This document shows, piece by piece, positions 1-12,085 of a stretch of 64,000 bases of DNA; position 1 is the stretch's first letter; each line of letters opens with the position of its first letter. Below the pieces are notes generated by a model. The model was given only the letters and a program-made list of their open reading frames with translations, made no database searches and had not been told where the DNA came from. This stretch comes from Octopus sinensis (taxonomy: Eukaryota), in contig NC_043001.1 of NCBI RefSeq assembly GCF_006345805.1, positions 930,001-994,000 of the forward strand, given 5' to 3'. The translations under genes were made by a program, and so were the position numbers.

Positions 1-560
1 ATATTTGGAAAGGGCTTTGTTTGGCCAAGAAGGAAGGGAGCAGGTTTGAAATATTTCTTGGGAAGAATGGATCTTAAAACAGGGACTGAATACAGAGTGA
101 AAGACCCAAAGACAAATGAAGTAAGGGCAAGGGTCACTTGCTGATTGGTCTAGTCTAGGTTGGGTGTGTTGAAAATGTTGATGATGGGAAGAAGGATGAA
201 GTTACTGTTGTTGTTTAGCAGAATACAGGAGTACAGGAATGGTTATCTTCTGTTACCTAGGGAAACCATTCAGACCTTAGGGAGAGTGTTCAGGAAATAT
301 AAAAACCACAAAATAAGGAGAGAAAAAGTTGAGAGAGTTATAAAGTTAGTTGCATCAAGATTGTAATTTGGTTGAGTATAAAGTAGGAGATGGGAGAGAT
401 GGGAGAGATGGGAGTAGAGGAAGCAGGGGACGTGCAAAGATTGAAGAGAACCTGCCCTGATGTTTGTATGAATGATTGTGGTGGAAACAGAACAAGAGAT
501 AAGCTGGTCCTCACAGACTACCCAGACTCTGTGGCTACTGGTGACAAGAGGAGGAGAGAC
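1..560 (-). mobile_element. Highly decayed LINE APE-endonuclease fragment (CR1/L2/Jockey-like)
   Basis: Minus-strand translation gives HTNIRAGSL...SHLLLYTQ and FILLPIINIFNTPNLD*TN, resembling the HTNIRSL / DIILLTET / GDFNxPNIDW motifs. Many stops. Confidence 0.3.
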
Positions 561-1467
561 GAGCGACTCAAGTAAATGTGAGCGTGAGTGAAGCTGGTGC
601 AAGATGAAGCACCTCCAAGGAGTAGAGTCTACAATAATGTAACCTAATGTTGTTCTAGGCAGACTATAACCAAAGTAAAAAATAGTCGCAGATGCTATGG
701 CTTTGATCACGGTATTGATTGGATCAGAATTGATCTGAGAAACATCAACAACAACAACAACAAGGACACATACGATGACAACAACAGTAGCAATGATGAT
801 GACAGTGAGATGAGAAAAAACAGAAAATTTCAAAGACCTCAATAAATAACTAGAAATCTATAAGAGAACTTCATAAGAGAATGTGGGAAGCAACAGTTTG
901 GCTCTGGTTGGATGTTATTGATAAAGCAGAACAGAGCAGAGACTTGATGTAACAGCCGCTTGCCTGTCGGTGGTTTTGTTTAGCTTTTGGGAATAAAAAG
1001 TAAGAAAGAGGATTAAAATAGTTTAACTGATCAAATTTGGTAACTGGCACTTCAGAGACCAAACAGTTAACTTTACAGAGATGTTCAAAATGTCTCTGAC
1101 ATTACGATTCAATCGTTAGAATTAGTTCTAATATGACTGTACTACAAAGTAACTGGTTCTTCAAGAAGTTGAGGATTTATTAGAGATTCAGATAACTGAG
1201 ACATTTGGGGTTAATTCAATCATTTAGAGCAGCATTTTTTGACCAGGGTTCCCTCGAATCTTATGGTTCCACAAGAGGTTCCTAGGGTTTCTGCGAGAAA
1301 GAGTGAGATAAACTAATGCTAATTTTATGATCATAATATTACTATACATGCACAACATATCATTGTAATATTGTAATATAGACATCATCCAATCTAACCA
1401 ATTATGTTATCAAAAGAATATAACAACCATTGGGTTTGGACACCCTATATATATATATATATATATA

Positions 1468-2015
1468 CAAGCAAAACACCCCCTGTCCAATGGACGGTGC
1501 TGAGTTGTCAAACATTTAAACCAAATTTTCTCAAAATAACTTGTCCGACCGTCCCATAGGCCTCCCCTTTGAGAAACACACTGATATAACCCAAATTTGA
1601 AACACCAGCAAAAGAAGAAATAAAGATTTTTTTCTATTCCAAAGAAATAGAAAAAAAATTTTATTCACACAAATATGCAACCGAAGAGTTTAAAGTACCA
1701 GTAATGATAAAGCTGTTGACTGGGAGAACACAAACATGGTTTAAATAGTAAGCTTGGCAGGAAAGAAACGTGCCTTTAAGTAGTACAAAGACAACAAAAA
1801 ATGGAAGGTGCAGTTATGTACAGGTTGACAGAAGAAAACCAGGACAAAAACAGCTTTATCGATCGCATTCTCACCTGGAATCGATTTTTGTAATTTTTTT
1901 CAAGATTTATACATGCCCTGATACCATTGGTATCTACATATCAAATTTAAGCGTCATCGGATGGAGGATGCCTGAGATCCTAGAAGACACACACACAGAC
2001 AGACAGAACGGATTT

Positions 2016-2021
<6 letters not shown>
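1468..2021 (-). mobile_element. Non-autonomous Helitron-like element nested in the hAT element
   Basis: Minus-strand 3' hairpin (plus CCTGTCCAATGGACGG, 1482-1497) just before a CTTG|T end (decayed CTAG|T). The other end has the (CAGA)n...TTTTATATA signature shared with the elements at 49635 and 33583. Confidence 0.5.
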
Positions 2022-2066
<45 letters not shown>

Positions 2067-2067
2067 T

Positions 2068-2135
2068 CATCATTATCATCATCGTTTAACGTCTGCTTTC
2101 CATGCTAGCATGGGTTGGACGATTTTGACTGAGGG
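2068..2135 (-). mobile_element. RTE LINE 3' tail fragment
   Basis: (CAT)n-CGTTTAACGTCTGCTTTCCATGCTAGCATGGGTTGGACG is the reverse complement of the 3' terminus at 17275-17330, and matches 24728-24780. Confidence 0.75.
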
Positions 2136-2183
<48 letters not shown>

Positions 2184-3934
2184 ATAAAAGATAATTTTTA
2201 ATGGAGACAATACTCCGTGTATAGTACAGCTGTTTTTGTTTTTGTGCTCGTTTATGAGCTAAGGAGTAATAAAAATTTGTAGAAGATGTAAATTCCAGTT
2301 GTCAGTACTTTACATCAGAAAATGAAATTGTGCTTACAGTGATTTATAAGACTTGGATGGGAAACGTGTTTATATTAAAAATTCAAAATATAAAACTAAT
2401 AAAAGATAATAAAAAATATAATAAAAATAAGATATAAGGTGTAAAGGAACATGAAAACCGTAAACATATATGCAAATTTCATTGTCAGTGGTAGATTCAG
2501 TTTGAGAGAACCAAATGGATTTGTGCTGACACACGTGATCTGGAAAGTTTGAAACTGCAGGATTGAATTATCCTTCATTCCTCCAACAGCCTCTGTAGAG
2601 GAATGACAGACTTTTCCAGGATTCACTATCCACAAACATCTCTGCATGTAAACATTCAGTGAAGCTCTACATAGTGCCAATAGCTTACCAGCTGCTATTT
2701 CTAGCAATAAGTGTACTTTGTGAACACCTATTTTATACATTTATAATTCTACCTTCATGGTGCTTTATTTTTGCTGGAGAGTAATAACATTTTTAATAAT
2801 ATTTGTTTCTTGCATATCTTTTCACTGATTTTGGTTCTGGTTTTGACTGGGGATTTCAGCCGAGTAAACAGGCAGAGATGTGGTGGGTATTTTAAAATTT
2901 CATTGTCAATGGTAGATTCAACTGAAGAGAACCAGTCTGATATGAAAAGTTTATATATATATATATACATATATACATACCATGTGGACTATGCTGAAAA
3001 TATATGAGAAAGATATGGTATATAATTGTTTTGTGCAGGGGTTCCTTGAGACATGTAATTTATTTTAAGGGTTATGCAAGGGTGAAAAAGCTGAGAAATA
3101 CTGATTTAGAGGAATAGCTCCAGTAAAACAGAAGAATATATTTTAGAAATTGATTGAGTCTAATTCTGTTAATTATGGGAGCTTCGTTAGCAGAAACATA
3201 AATAATGAATTAAGAAAAGACTTGTATTTCAAGTAGATGTGTATATGTGTGTGTATGTGTTGGTGGACCTCTGATGATAAATTTAACCAAAAGAGTAGCC
3301 AAAATTGTGTGTTTTCAATCTATTAATTTCTAATAATATTGTGCTTGTATAAATTATTAAAGACAGGAAGGTGACATATTTGACAGCCAGTTAACAATGC
3401 AATTAATTATGGTCATTGAGGCCTTCGATGTGTTCCAAGATTGATAACTGGAATTATCAGCAGTGTGTTTAGTAAAAACTTTGGGGGAATATTTTTATTT
3501 TGTAAATTTGAGATAAGATATATCATCTGTATGGAATAAAAATAGTAATTATGACATCTTGCACGGAATTCTTCCAAACTTGCAGTGATTTAATGTTCAA
3601 CCAAAAACACAAAATTAAGAAGTAGATAAATTAATTAGAAAACTATTTCTTTATTTATTAATTATTTATTATTATTTTTATTTTCTATGTCTTAAATATA
3701 AATTCTTGAAATATTTCAATCTGATATTTAAATCTTATTTCATGTTTGTGAGTAAACAAAAATGGCGTTGCATTTAATGAGAAATAATTACACACACATA
3801 TGTATGTATATATATGTGTATATATGTATATGTATATGTATGTATGTATGTATGTATTCATGCATGTATGTATGTATGTATGTATGTATGTATGTATTCA
3901 TGCATGTATGTATGTGTATATATATATATATACA

Positions 3935-4147
3935 TTTTATTAATAAAGCTGCAAAGACATCACAAAAACTGTTACTCAGAGTTTTACGTTCCTGTTCATC
4001 AAAACTGTCTGATGAATGAGAACGTGAAACTCCGAGTAACAGTTTTTGTAACGTCTTTGCAGCTTTATTAATAAAGCATATTACTCTACCCCAGTATTCA
4101 AGTCTTATTTTCTCCACCTTGTTTCACATTTATGTGCTTATTCTGAT
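3935..4147. mobile_element. Fold-back remnant, probably Penelope-like element terminal repeat in inverted arrangement
   Basis: Inverted arms 3935-3991 and 4020-4076 (TTTATTAATAAAGCTGCAAAGAC...ACGTTC) plus a unique tail. Contains a minimal hammerhead motif of the kind known from Penelope-like elements. Confidence 0.55.
4001..4046 (+). ncRNA. Minimal type I hammerhead ribozyme motif
   Basis: Stem I AAAACTGT (4001-4008) / ACAGTTTT (4039-4046); core CTGATGA (4009-4015); stem II ATG-AGAA-CGT (4016-4025); GAAA (4026-4029); palindromic stem III ACTC-C-GAGT; NUH = GUA, predicted cleavage after 4038. Confidence 0.8.
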
Positions 4148-4304
4148 ATATATATATATATATATATAATGTATGTGTGCATGTGCATATACTCAGTTAT
4201 ACTCAGGAAAGGGAGAGAGACAAAAGAGTCAATTAACAAAAAGAGAAAGACAATATAGTAAGGAACAAGTAACAAATGTTATATTAGTTTAAAACATAAA
4301 AAGG

Positions 4305-4675
4305 GGCTTGAGCACCTATCCTTGCTGAATTCCTACCTGCACACTGAATTCTTTGCTGTACTCATTGCCAATCCTCACCTTACTGACAGCATCCCTGTAT
4401 ATAGCTTGTACAGCTCTCATCAACCACTCATCTATCCCTAGTTTTCACATTGACCACCAGATAAGGGATTGGGGGACCCTGTCAAAGGCTTTCTCCAAGT
4501 CAACAAAGGCCAAGCACGGTTATGTATTTCTCCTGCAGCTGACTTACCAGAAATATAGCATCATTGGTGCTTTTCCCAAGCATAAAACCAAACTGCATCT
4601 AATCTAAACTGACTCTCTCCCTAATTAGTTGAGCTATGACCCTCTCTGTAACTTTCATCACCTGATCCAACAATT
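4305..4675 (-). mobile_element. RTE LINE reverse-transcriptase fragment
   Basis: Minus translation IKLLDQVMKVTERVIAQLIRERVSLD; nucleotide paralogue of ~26270-26640 in the long RTE copy. Confidence 0.8.
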
Positions 4676-4676
4676 T

Positions 4677-4712
<36 letters not shown>

Positions 4713-4990
4713 TGTATGTATGTATGTATGGATGTATGTATGTACGTATGTATGTATGTATGTATGTATGTATGTATGTATGTATGTTTGTATGTATACA
4801 CACACACAGAGACATACCTGTGTTGTGTTATCCAGTGTATGTCATTGTTGATGATAATACTCAGTTTATATTTGGCAGCTGGTTGCTTAGGAAACCAACT
4901 TTAATTCCACGAAAGGATATCCTTGAATTTTGATTCCTTAAAATATTACTTCTTTTTGATGTGATGACCAACAAAGAAAATGATGAGAAC

Positions 4991-5065
<75 letters not shown>

Positions 5066-5569
5066 TAGAGAGAAAAAGAAAGAGTTAGGGTGGAAAAAGA
5101 CTATGATGAGACAAGTGATGGATAAGATAGATAGATAGACAGGGAGATAGAGAGAGAGGGGGAGGGAGGGAGGGAGAAAAAAGAATGCTTGTGTGTCTGT
5201 GTATACCTGTGTATGAGTGTACGATATAACAGCAGAACTCTGCCAGATTAAACAGAAAATATGAATTATCAATACAGCCGTAGCAGTGTGCTTTTGGTGT
5301 TCATTTTATAATTGCATCAGTCTGGAGTGAATTCCTCTGTGTAATGTCGAGGACAGATAACTGACAGAGAAGATTTATATTGACCTGAAATAATTTGAAG
5401 ATGCATTTTGGTATACAAAAACTGTGCTGAAGCCTGTTTCATGTCTGTTTTTAATATGTTAACATGAGTTAGAGGAATACATATTGTTGAAGCATTGTCT
5501 TGCAGTCAGATGCTCTTCTTGTCACGAACTCTTCTCCGTCTTTCATGTGAGATACACATAGACACATGC

Positions 5570-5720
5570 AAAGGCCTTCTGTCAGTTTCCATCAACCAAT
5601 ATCACTCATAAGGTTTTTGGGTCAGTCTGGGGCCATAGTAGAAGACATTTGTCCTAGGTGCTACACAGTAGGACTGAACTCAAAACAACAGGGTTGCAAA
5701 GCAGGATTTTCTGCCTCAAA
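5570..5720 (-). mobile_element. tRNA-derived SINE (long family), 5' part
   Basis: Matches 40600-40756 (CAGTTTCC..ACTCA.AAGG..ATAGTAGAAGACA..AAGGTGC..CAGT.GGACTGAAC). Confidence 0.6.
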
Positions 5721-5816
5721 GTCATGCATGCATGTAAATACGTAAATATATATAATGTTTTATGCTTTAACATGTTCCAGCCCCAAGGCAGTGGCCATGC
5801 TGTATACGTGTATACA

Positions 5817-5922
5817 CATGTGTGTATGTGAGCATGTGTGTATGTGAGCATGTGTGTATGTGAGCATGTGTGTATGTGAGCATGTGTGTATGTGAGCATG
5901 TGTGTATGTGAGCATGTGTGCA
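5817..5922. repeat. 16-bp minisatellite (AGCATGTGTGTATGTG), about 6 copies
   Basis: AGCA recurs at 5831, 5847, 5863, 5879, 5895 and 5911. Confidence 0.9.
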
Positions 5923-6049
5923 TGCATGTGCACATATCTCTGTCCATGTGTGTGTTTAGTGGTGAAAATTAAGAATTGTACCAAAAAACCTAAACTTAGC
6001 AATTTGATCAGTTTAGGTTTCTATAAAAAGAGTTTCTGACCGAAATGGT

Positions 6050-6372
6050 GGGGGCTAGCAATGAGCACCCACCCAATCCCTTGAAAGTGGAATCCACTCC
6101 ATTCTAATGATTGAAACCAGTAGAGGCCTTGGTCATGGGACCACACATGTCTAGAAACTGAGGTTGGGGGTAAGCAAGGGCACACTCCCTGTAGAAAATG
6201 CAGCTCCGAAAAAGCCTCATGATAGCAAGGGAGAATGGGCACCAGCGCCAGCCCAAAGGTTGGGATGGGCTGCATCTGCCTACCTTGGTTGCTATGGCAT
6301 TGAAGTAGATCCAGCCCTCTCCCCATTAATGGGGACAAAACCTGGATTTAAAACACTGGATGATGATGATGT
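6050..6372 (+). mobile_element. Retroposon 3' region with RTE-like motif and (GAT)n tail (second family)
   Basis: GGTTGGGGGTAAGCAAGGGCACACTCCCTGTAGAAAA resembles the RTE motif GGTTGGCGTTAGGAAGGGCATCCAGCTGTAGAAA. Ends in GATGATGATGAT. Confidence 0.4.
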
Positions 6373-7298
6373 AGGAAGATATTTGAGGGACATCCTGCAG
6401 TTTCTGCCAACCAAATTCCCTTACAAGGCATTGGTCATTTAAGGGTTTCAGCTGAAGACACTTGCCTAAGGTGGGACTGATCCCCAAACCACAAAACTGA
6501 GAAGCAAACATATGCGTGTATGTTTATGTGTGTGTATACATATATGTGTGTGTATGTTTGTAAATGGTAAGATCCCCAAGAAAGTACTCCCTCCAGTGAG
6601 AGATGAATATCATTTTATGTACACTGCATTAAAATAAGAGCAACAAATGGTTTCTTATGATAGAGACACGTGGTTGGCAGATTTTGATAATATACTTTGT
6701 GTCTCCAAGCAATCTTTGGGTTCTGGGCACATGGTTTGTTATACTTAAAAAACAGGTCACTGGTACATGAGAAACCATGAGAAGAAAGAAGAAGGAGGTT
6801 GATGCAAAAAGTGGAATGAGAAAAGAAAGGGTGGATAAAAATGGAAATAGAAAGGAAAGGAAAGAAAACTAAAGGTACGTCCCTTTTGACCAGAGAAATC
6901 ATAATTAAATTAGCTGGAGTAGAATAATTTAATGGAGAGGAGTCCAAAGTCTGTGAGACAGCTGTTCAATTGAGAGAGGAACACATGTATATGATTGGCG
7001 TCCTGCAGTTTCTGTCTGCCATAAATGTGTGTGTGTGTGTGTGTGTGTGTATATGCACATAAATACATGCATACACACACAGATACACACACATGTGCAG
7101 ATGAACTTCTTCATATATATATATTTATGTTTTGCTGCGAGAAGTATTTCGAGGTTCCTGTCCAATGTTGTTTCAGTGGGAATTCCTGAGACATTAGTCA
7201 ATTAGAAGAAGAAGAAAGATAATTTTAGAAGTAGCTGCAAGACTACAATACACACATGTAAGGCCTCCTCGTCATGAAGCACCAGCTTCTTTCTTCTG

Positions 7299-7329
<31 letters not shown>

Positions 7330-7359
7330 AAATTAATATAAGCATCTATTTATTTAATT

Positions 7360-8110
7360 ACATATCATTATCATCATCATCATCATCTCCACTCTGATTG
7401 TCATTACCATCATCATCATCATCATCATTAGCATCATCCAAATTACCAATATCAGCAAAAGTGGTAGCAACGATAACAAAACCAAAAAAAAAAAGAAAAA
7501 GTAGAAAGAAAATTATAAGAGCAATTAGACTGCTGCTGCTGCTGGTGGTGATGATGATGATGATGTTGAGCTGATGAAGAAAAGGGAATGATGAGGAAGA
7601 CGATGATGATGAGGAGGAAGGGGAGGAGGAGCAATATGGAAGATGATGATGATGATGACAGTATTCATGATGATGATGATGATGATGTTGAGCTGAGGAA
7701 GAAAAGGGAATGATGAGGAAGACGATGATGATGAGGAGGAAGAGGAGGAGGAGCAATATGGAAGATGATGATGATGATGACAGTATTCATGATGATGATG
7801 ATGATGATGTTGAGCTGAGGAAGAAAAGGGAATGATGAGGATGATGATGATGATGATGAGGAGGAGCAATAAGAAAGATGATGACAGTATTCATGATAAT
7901 GATGATGATGATAGCAGTGAGGATGATGATGATAAAATTATGAGATGGAGGAGGGAACAGATAAGGATTACAACAACGATGATGATAAAAATGATGACTG
8001 AAACAACTGCCACCACCCACCACCACCCCATCACCACCAACAGCATTACCAATTCCACCACAACCACCATCCCCATCACCATAAATCCCACCAACACCAC
8101 CACCATCATA
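7360..8110. repeat. Compound (CAT)n/(GAT)n/(CAC)n region with a ~125-bp unit triplicated
   Basis: GATGTTGAGCTGA.GAAGAAAAGGGAATGATGAGG recurs at ~7562, ~7685 and ~7806. Confidence 0.85.
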
Positions 8111-8519
8111 ACGACAGCTAAATAAGTAAGTAAAAGGTAACTCTAACTGCAAACATTCTTGGTATGTACGAAAGTAAGTCAGATGTTGTTGTGGTTGTTG
8201 TTGCTGTCTGTTTGACATTCTTTGTATTGTACGGCCAGTGAAAGTGCAGCCGTGAGAAATGAGGCGCCAAGTTGTGTAACAAGAGTCTGATGGATAGATT
8301 CAGGTTTGGCTGGAATGAAGGAAGACCGTCTTTGAGTGAATGGCAATCAGTGAAGAATGAGAAAGAAAAGGTGGTGAGGTGTTGTGCTTTTGCTAAGTTA
8401 TTTTCAATCATTTGAAGAGGTTGAAATCCGAGAAGAGACTGCTGCCGAAATAATGAAGCAATAAAGGCAAAGCTAAGAATATCACAGACTTGGTCTGCCA
8501 AAGAAACAACAACAACAAG

Positions 8520-8720
8520 TTTCAAATTTGGGCACAGTGCCAGCAATTTTGGGGGAGGGTGTAAGTCGATGACATTAACCCCAGTGTTCAACTGGTTGTA
8601 CTTATTTTCTTGGCCCTGAAAGGATGAAAGACAAAGTTTACTTTGGCTGAATTTGAACTCAGAATGTAGATGGTTGAAATGTCGCTAAGCATTTTGTCCA
8701 AGCTGCTAATGGTTCAGCAA
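8520..8720 (-). mobile_element. tRNA-derived SINE (short family, tail type B)
   Basis: Reverse complement carries a B-box-like GAGTTCAAATTC, the TTTCATCCTTTC.GGG core and CACTGGGGT..ATG. Same head and core as 58672-58896. Confidence 0.7.
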
Positions 8721-9439
8721 GCTTGTTGTGCTAATCATTTTGGAGAGTCATTAGAGCTTGAGCAAAAATATTCATAATTGCTTGCTTTCTGCCTAAATTA
8801 GAAAACAATGTTACCATTTGGAACAATTGCTTAACTGCTGGACAAAATACCTGGAAACATTTGATTCAGCTCATTACATTCAGAGTTCAAATTGTGCTGA
8901 GGTCAGCTTTGCTTTTCATGCCTCTGTGGTTAATAAGGAAGCAGCCTGGTTCTGGGGTTGATGAGATTTACTAAGCTTTCCCCTCTAATTTGTTGGCCTT
9001 CTGAACAAATCAGAAACAATTATTGAGTGAGAGAGCAGTGCATGTCATCAAAGTGATTCTGGGGTACAAATATACAGAGCCCAGTATACCCATCATGACT
9101 ACCCATTGTTGCACATACATCATAACCTTATGCACACAACATGGTGATCTTATATCAAGATAAACAGAGCATGACTTTACAGGTGGGGTCCAGTTAGAAC
9201 TTTTTTCAGATCAAGAAGCCCATCCTGAATAAGGTTTGTTTAAGGATGATGAACGAAAAACCCATGTTTCCAGAGGTGAATTATTCAAACCCCAAAGAAT
9301 TCCTTTCAACACATGGCTATGATACTCCATCATGACTTCTGCTCGTGATCAGAGATACACATATCGTCAGCCACTAAGGGGCATGCTTAACTGGTTAGGG
9401 TCAAACAACTGACAAGCAAATCTGTGGTATTGAGCAGAA

Positions 9440-9880
9440 TATCATTGTTGTTGTTTTATGAAAACTCTCAGCTTATTTTGCTGGGTATAATGGAAAGTGT
9501 CTGCTCTCCACAGCCAGCAGACTAAGGCAAGACTTGTTTACTGGTCATGCTTCAAGAACCCTGCAAAGAATTCTTGCAGTTCCAAGCAATGCTGAGTTTT
9601 GTAGGTGTTCTACCTTCACACTTGCACCGATCTTTTTCAGCCATGCTGGTAGTTGAGTGCTGATACTTCCAAGTGCACCAATTACTATTGGTATCACATC
9701 TACTCTCTTCATTGACCACAACCTTCGTATTTCCTGCTTCAAATCATCACAGTTGTTTATGTTTTCTTTTTCTTTCCCGTTGATCTTGTTGTCCCCAGGG
9801 CATGCTATGTCAATAATCATACTTGTTCTTTCTTTTTTATTCACCACAACAATGTCCAGTTTCCAATTTCTGGTTGGGGG
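9440..9880 (-). mobile_element. 5'-truncated R4/Dong-like non-LTR retrotransposon (REL endonuclease C-terminus)
   Basis: ORF 9545-9847 preceded by KLDIVVVNKK: IIDIACPGD..KEKE..DLKQEIRRLW..VIPIVIGALG..LQNSALLGTARIL, a PD-(D/E)xK-type REL domain. Then a short 3' UTR and an (AAC)-rich tail. A long (TAA)n tract lies next to its 5' end. Confidence 0.75.
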
Positions 9881-9930
9881 ATCACACTATTGCTATTATT
9901 ATTGTTGCTCTTCTTCTTCTTCTTCTTCTA

Positions 9931-9987
<57 letters not shown>

Positions 9988-10413
9988 TATCATTGTTGTT
10001 ATCATGTGGAGATTTAATTTTATTAATGTAGTGTAGCATATTTCAAAACAGAATTCTGAAACCATAAGAGGAAGTCTTAAGGGAATTAGTTGTCAAGAAG
10101 TTGAGAGCTAACAACAATGGAATCATTTGTTCCACAGAGTTTGTAAAATTTTCAACTTGATGCAATTAAACTTAAACACGACTTGCCTTCCATTTGCTGT
10201 ATGTATTAGATTTAGATTTAGATACCACTTATACTAAATACTAGGTTACTAATACTAAATATTAATAGACATCAGTACTAAATATCCAGATTATTATAGG
10301 AAATATAGTTTACAGAAATATCTTTTTGTCTTTTAATTGAACATTTTGAAACAAGAATTGTGGCAAGAACTCCCAAGATGCAATAAGTTGTGTGTGTGTG
10401 TGTATGTGTGTGT

Positions 10414-10461
<48 letters not shown>

Positions 10462-11206
10462 TTTTAAGGTCACAGACTATGACGAAAGGACTTTTGCAGA
10501 CTAATTAATTAATCAATCAACCCATTATCTAATTGCTTGGTATTAAAACTGAAGTGAAACAAATTTGTACATGTATTATAATTAACAATATGACCCTCCC
10601 AAAACACACCAATAAAAAAAGAAAAACTATTTGATGTTATGGGAGAAAGAAGACCAGCCTGCACGATTTTTCCCAGGCCCTGAAAAACTGGCAAGGTTGG
10701 GGAAAGAGGGAAATCTCACCCAATGGATTATCCTAACACTAGAAAGCTAGTCTCTAATGCTTCTTGTTAAAGACACCCAAAGTCAGATGGATTAAGTCTA
10801 ATATCTAAGAACAGTTACAGTGTTTCTGAAGAAGTTCTGTTTGAGGGATTCAATGTGGGTGCTTGATCTGCTGGAAATAGGAACCAAATTCTCCTTATGT
10901 TATGCAATATTGTCATTTAAAAAGGGAAAAGGAAAAAGACACAGGATAATGTAACTCTAGAGACATTATGTGTGGAGGAAATAAAAGACTGGGTGGTCAT
11001 GGTTCTAATGTCTTCAATAATGGATCGCCCTTAGTCCTCTGTCTGATGCTCAACAAAAATAATATTAAACCAATTTCAGAATTTGAGTGAAACTGAATTT
11101 ATGGTAGAGAAGACTTTCTCAAGGTGCTCCAGAATGGCAATAAATCTGGATTCCCATGATTGGGAAGGAAACTTCTTCACCACTTGGTCATCGAAGATCA
11201 CTTTAA

Positions 11207-11429
11207 CCTTTTTGTTGCCATATTTCTGTTGAAATTTCATTTCGATACATTTCAAAAATATCGAAGAATTTCGTAAAGTAACTTTGTTATTATTAAGCTG
11301 GGATTTTGGAACAAATTAACAAGAAATTTTGATGGAAGGTTTTAATTTAAATCCCTTTAAAACAGGAAATTTGTATCATAGAACCAGGATGTTGATGAGG
11401 GGAGCTCAGGCAAGTTGGCATCAAAAGAG
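11207..11429. mobile_element. piggyBac-like MITE
   Basis: TTAA at 11203-11206 and 11430-11433. Imperfect TIRs CCTTTTTGTTGCC and GGCATCAAAAGAG. Confidence 0.5.
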
Positions 11430-12049
11430 TTAATTTATTAATTTCTAAAATGGTACCATGGCAATGCTGATTGAGTAGAATATGTGCAATTCTCTGTTGT
11501 AAGGTAATTTTTTTAATTGTATTTCCTCATTTGGTTTTATGACCTGGACGTGAAGTTCCTCTTTATATCTTGCTGACATTAGTCTCATGCCATGGGTGGC
11601 TGACACAGATATTAGTATTCTGACTCTTTTAATTAGTTGGTTCATATCATTAAATCAGAATACTGTTTAACTTTAGTTTGTTTTAGTCACCATGAGCAAG
11701 ACCTAGCTGGAGCACTGCTCACAGACTTTACTGTATGATTCTTTTCTATAAAACATTAACTGAACGTGATTTTTGCCTTCAACAACTGAGCAGTGGATAG
11801 AATGCGTCTTCTTTTAATGCTCAACTGGTTTCTTATGGGACAATGGCCATACTGGAGCACAACATTTAAGGGCTTAAGTTGATTATATTAATACCACTCT
11901 AGTGACTGTGAATGATTTCAATGACCTTGTAAGGGAGAAAGTCAAAGTTGACATGGAGGTCAAGGAATGAAACCCAGGCAGGACCGAATACCACATGGTA
12001 AGTTTCATTCAACTTGCTGATTCTGCCAACCCTCACTATTATACTCATC

Positions 12050-12085
<36 letters not shown>

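Larger units (their letters stand above)
1230..3103. mobile_element. Non-autonomous hAT (Charlie-like) DNA transposon with nested insertions
   Basis: Identical 8-bp flanks ATTTAGAG at 1222-1229 and 3104-3111. Imperfect TIRs: CAGCATTTTTTGACC, and right end AAGCTGAGAAATACTG (rc CAGTATTTCTCAGCTT). GGGTTCC subterminal motifs near both ends. No transposase ORF. Confidence 0.7.

Noticed and set aside
7358-8218. Poly-His/Ser/Asp ORFs
   Set aside because: Open only because of (CAT)/(GAT)/(CAC) repeats; no splice or domain evidence.
8118-8591. 157-aa minus ORF
   Set aside because: Starts inside a SINE and crosses microsatellites; no recognisable motif.
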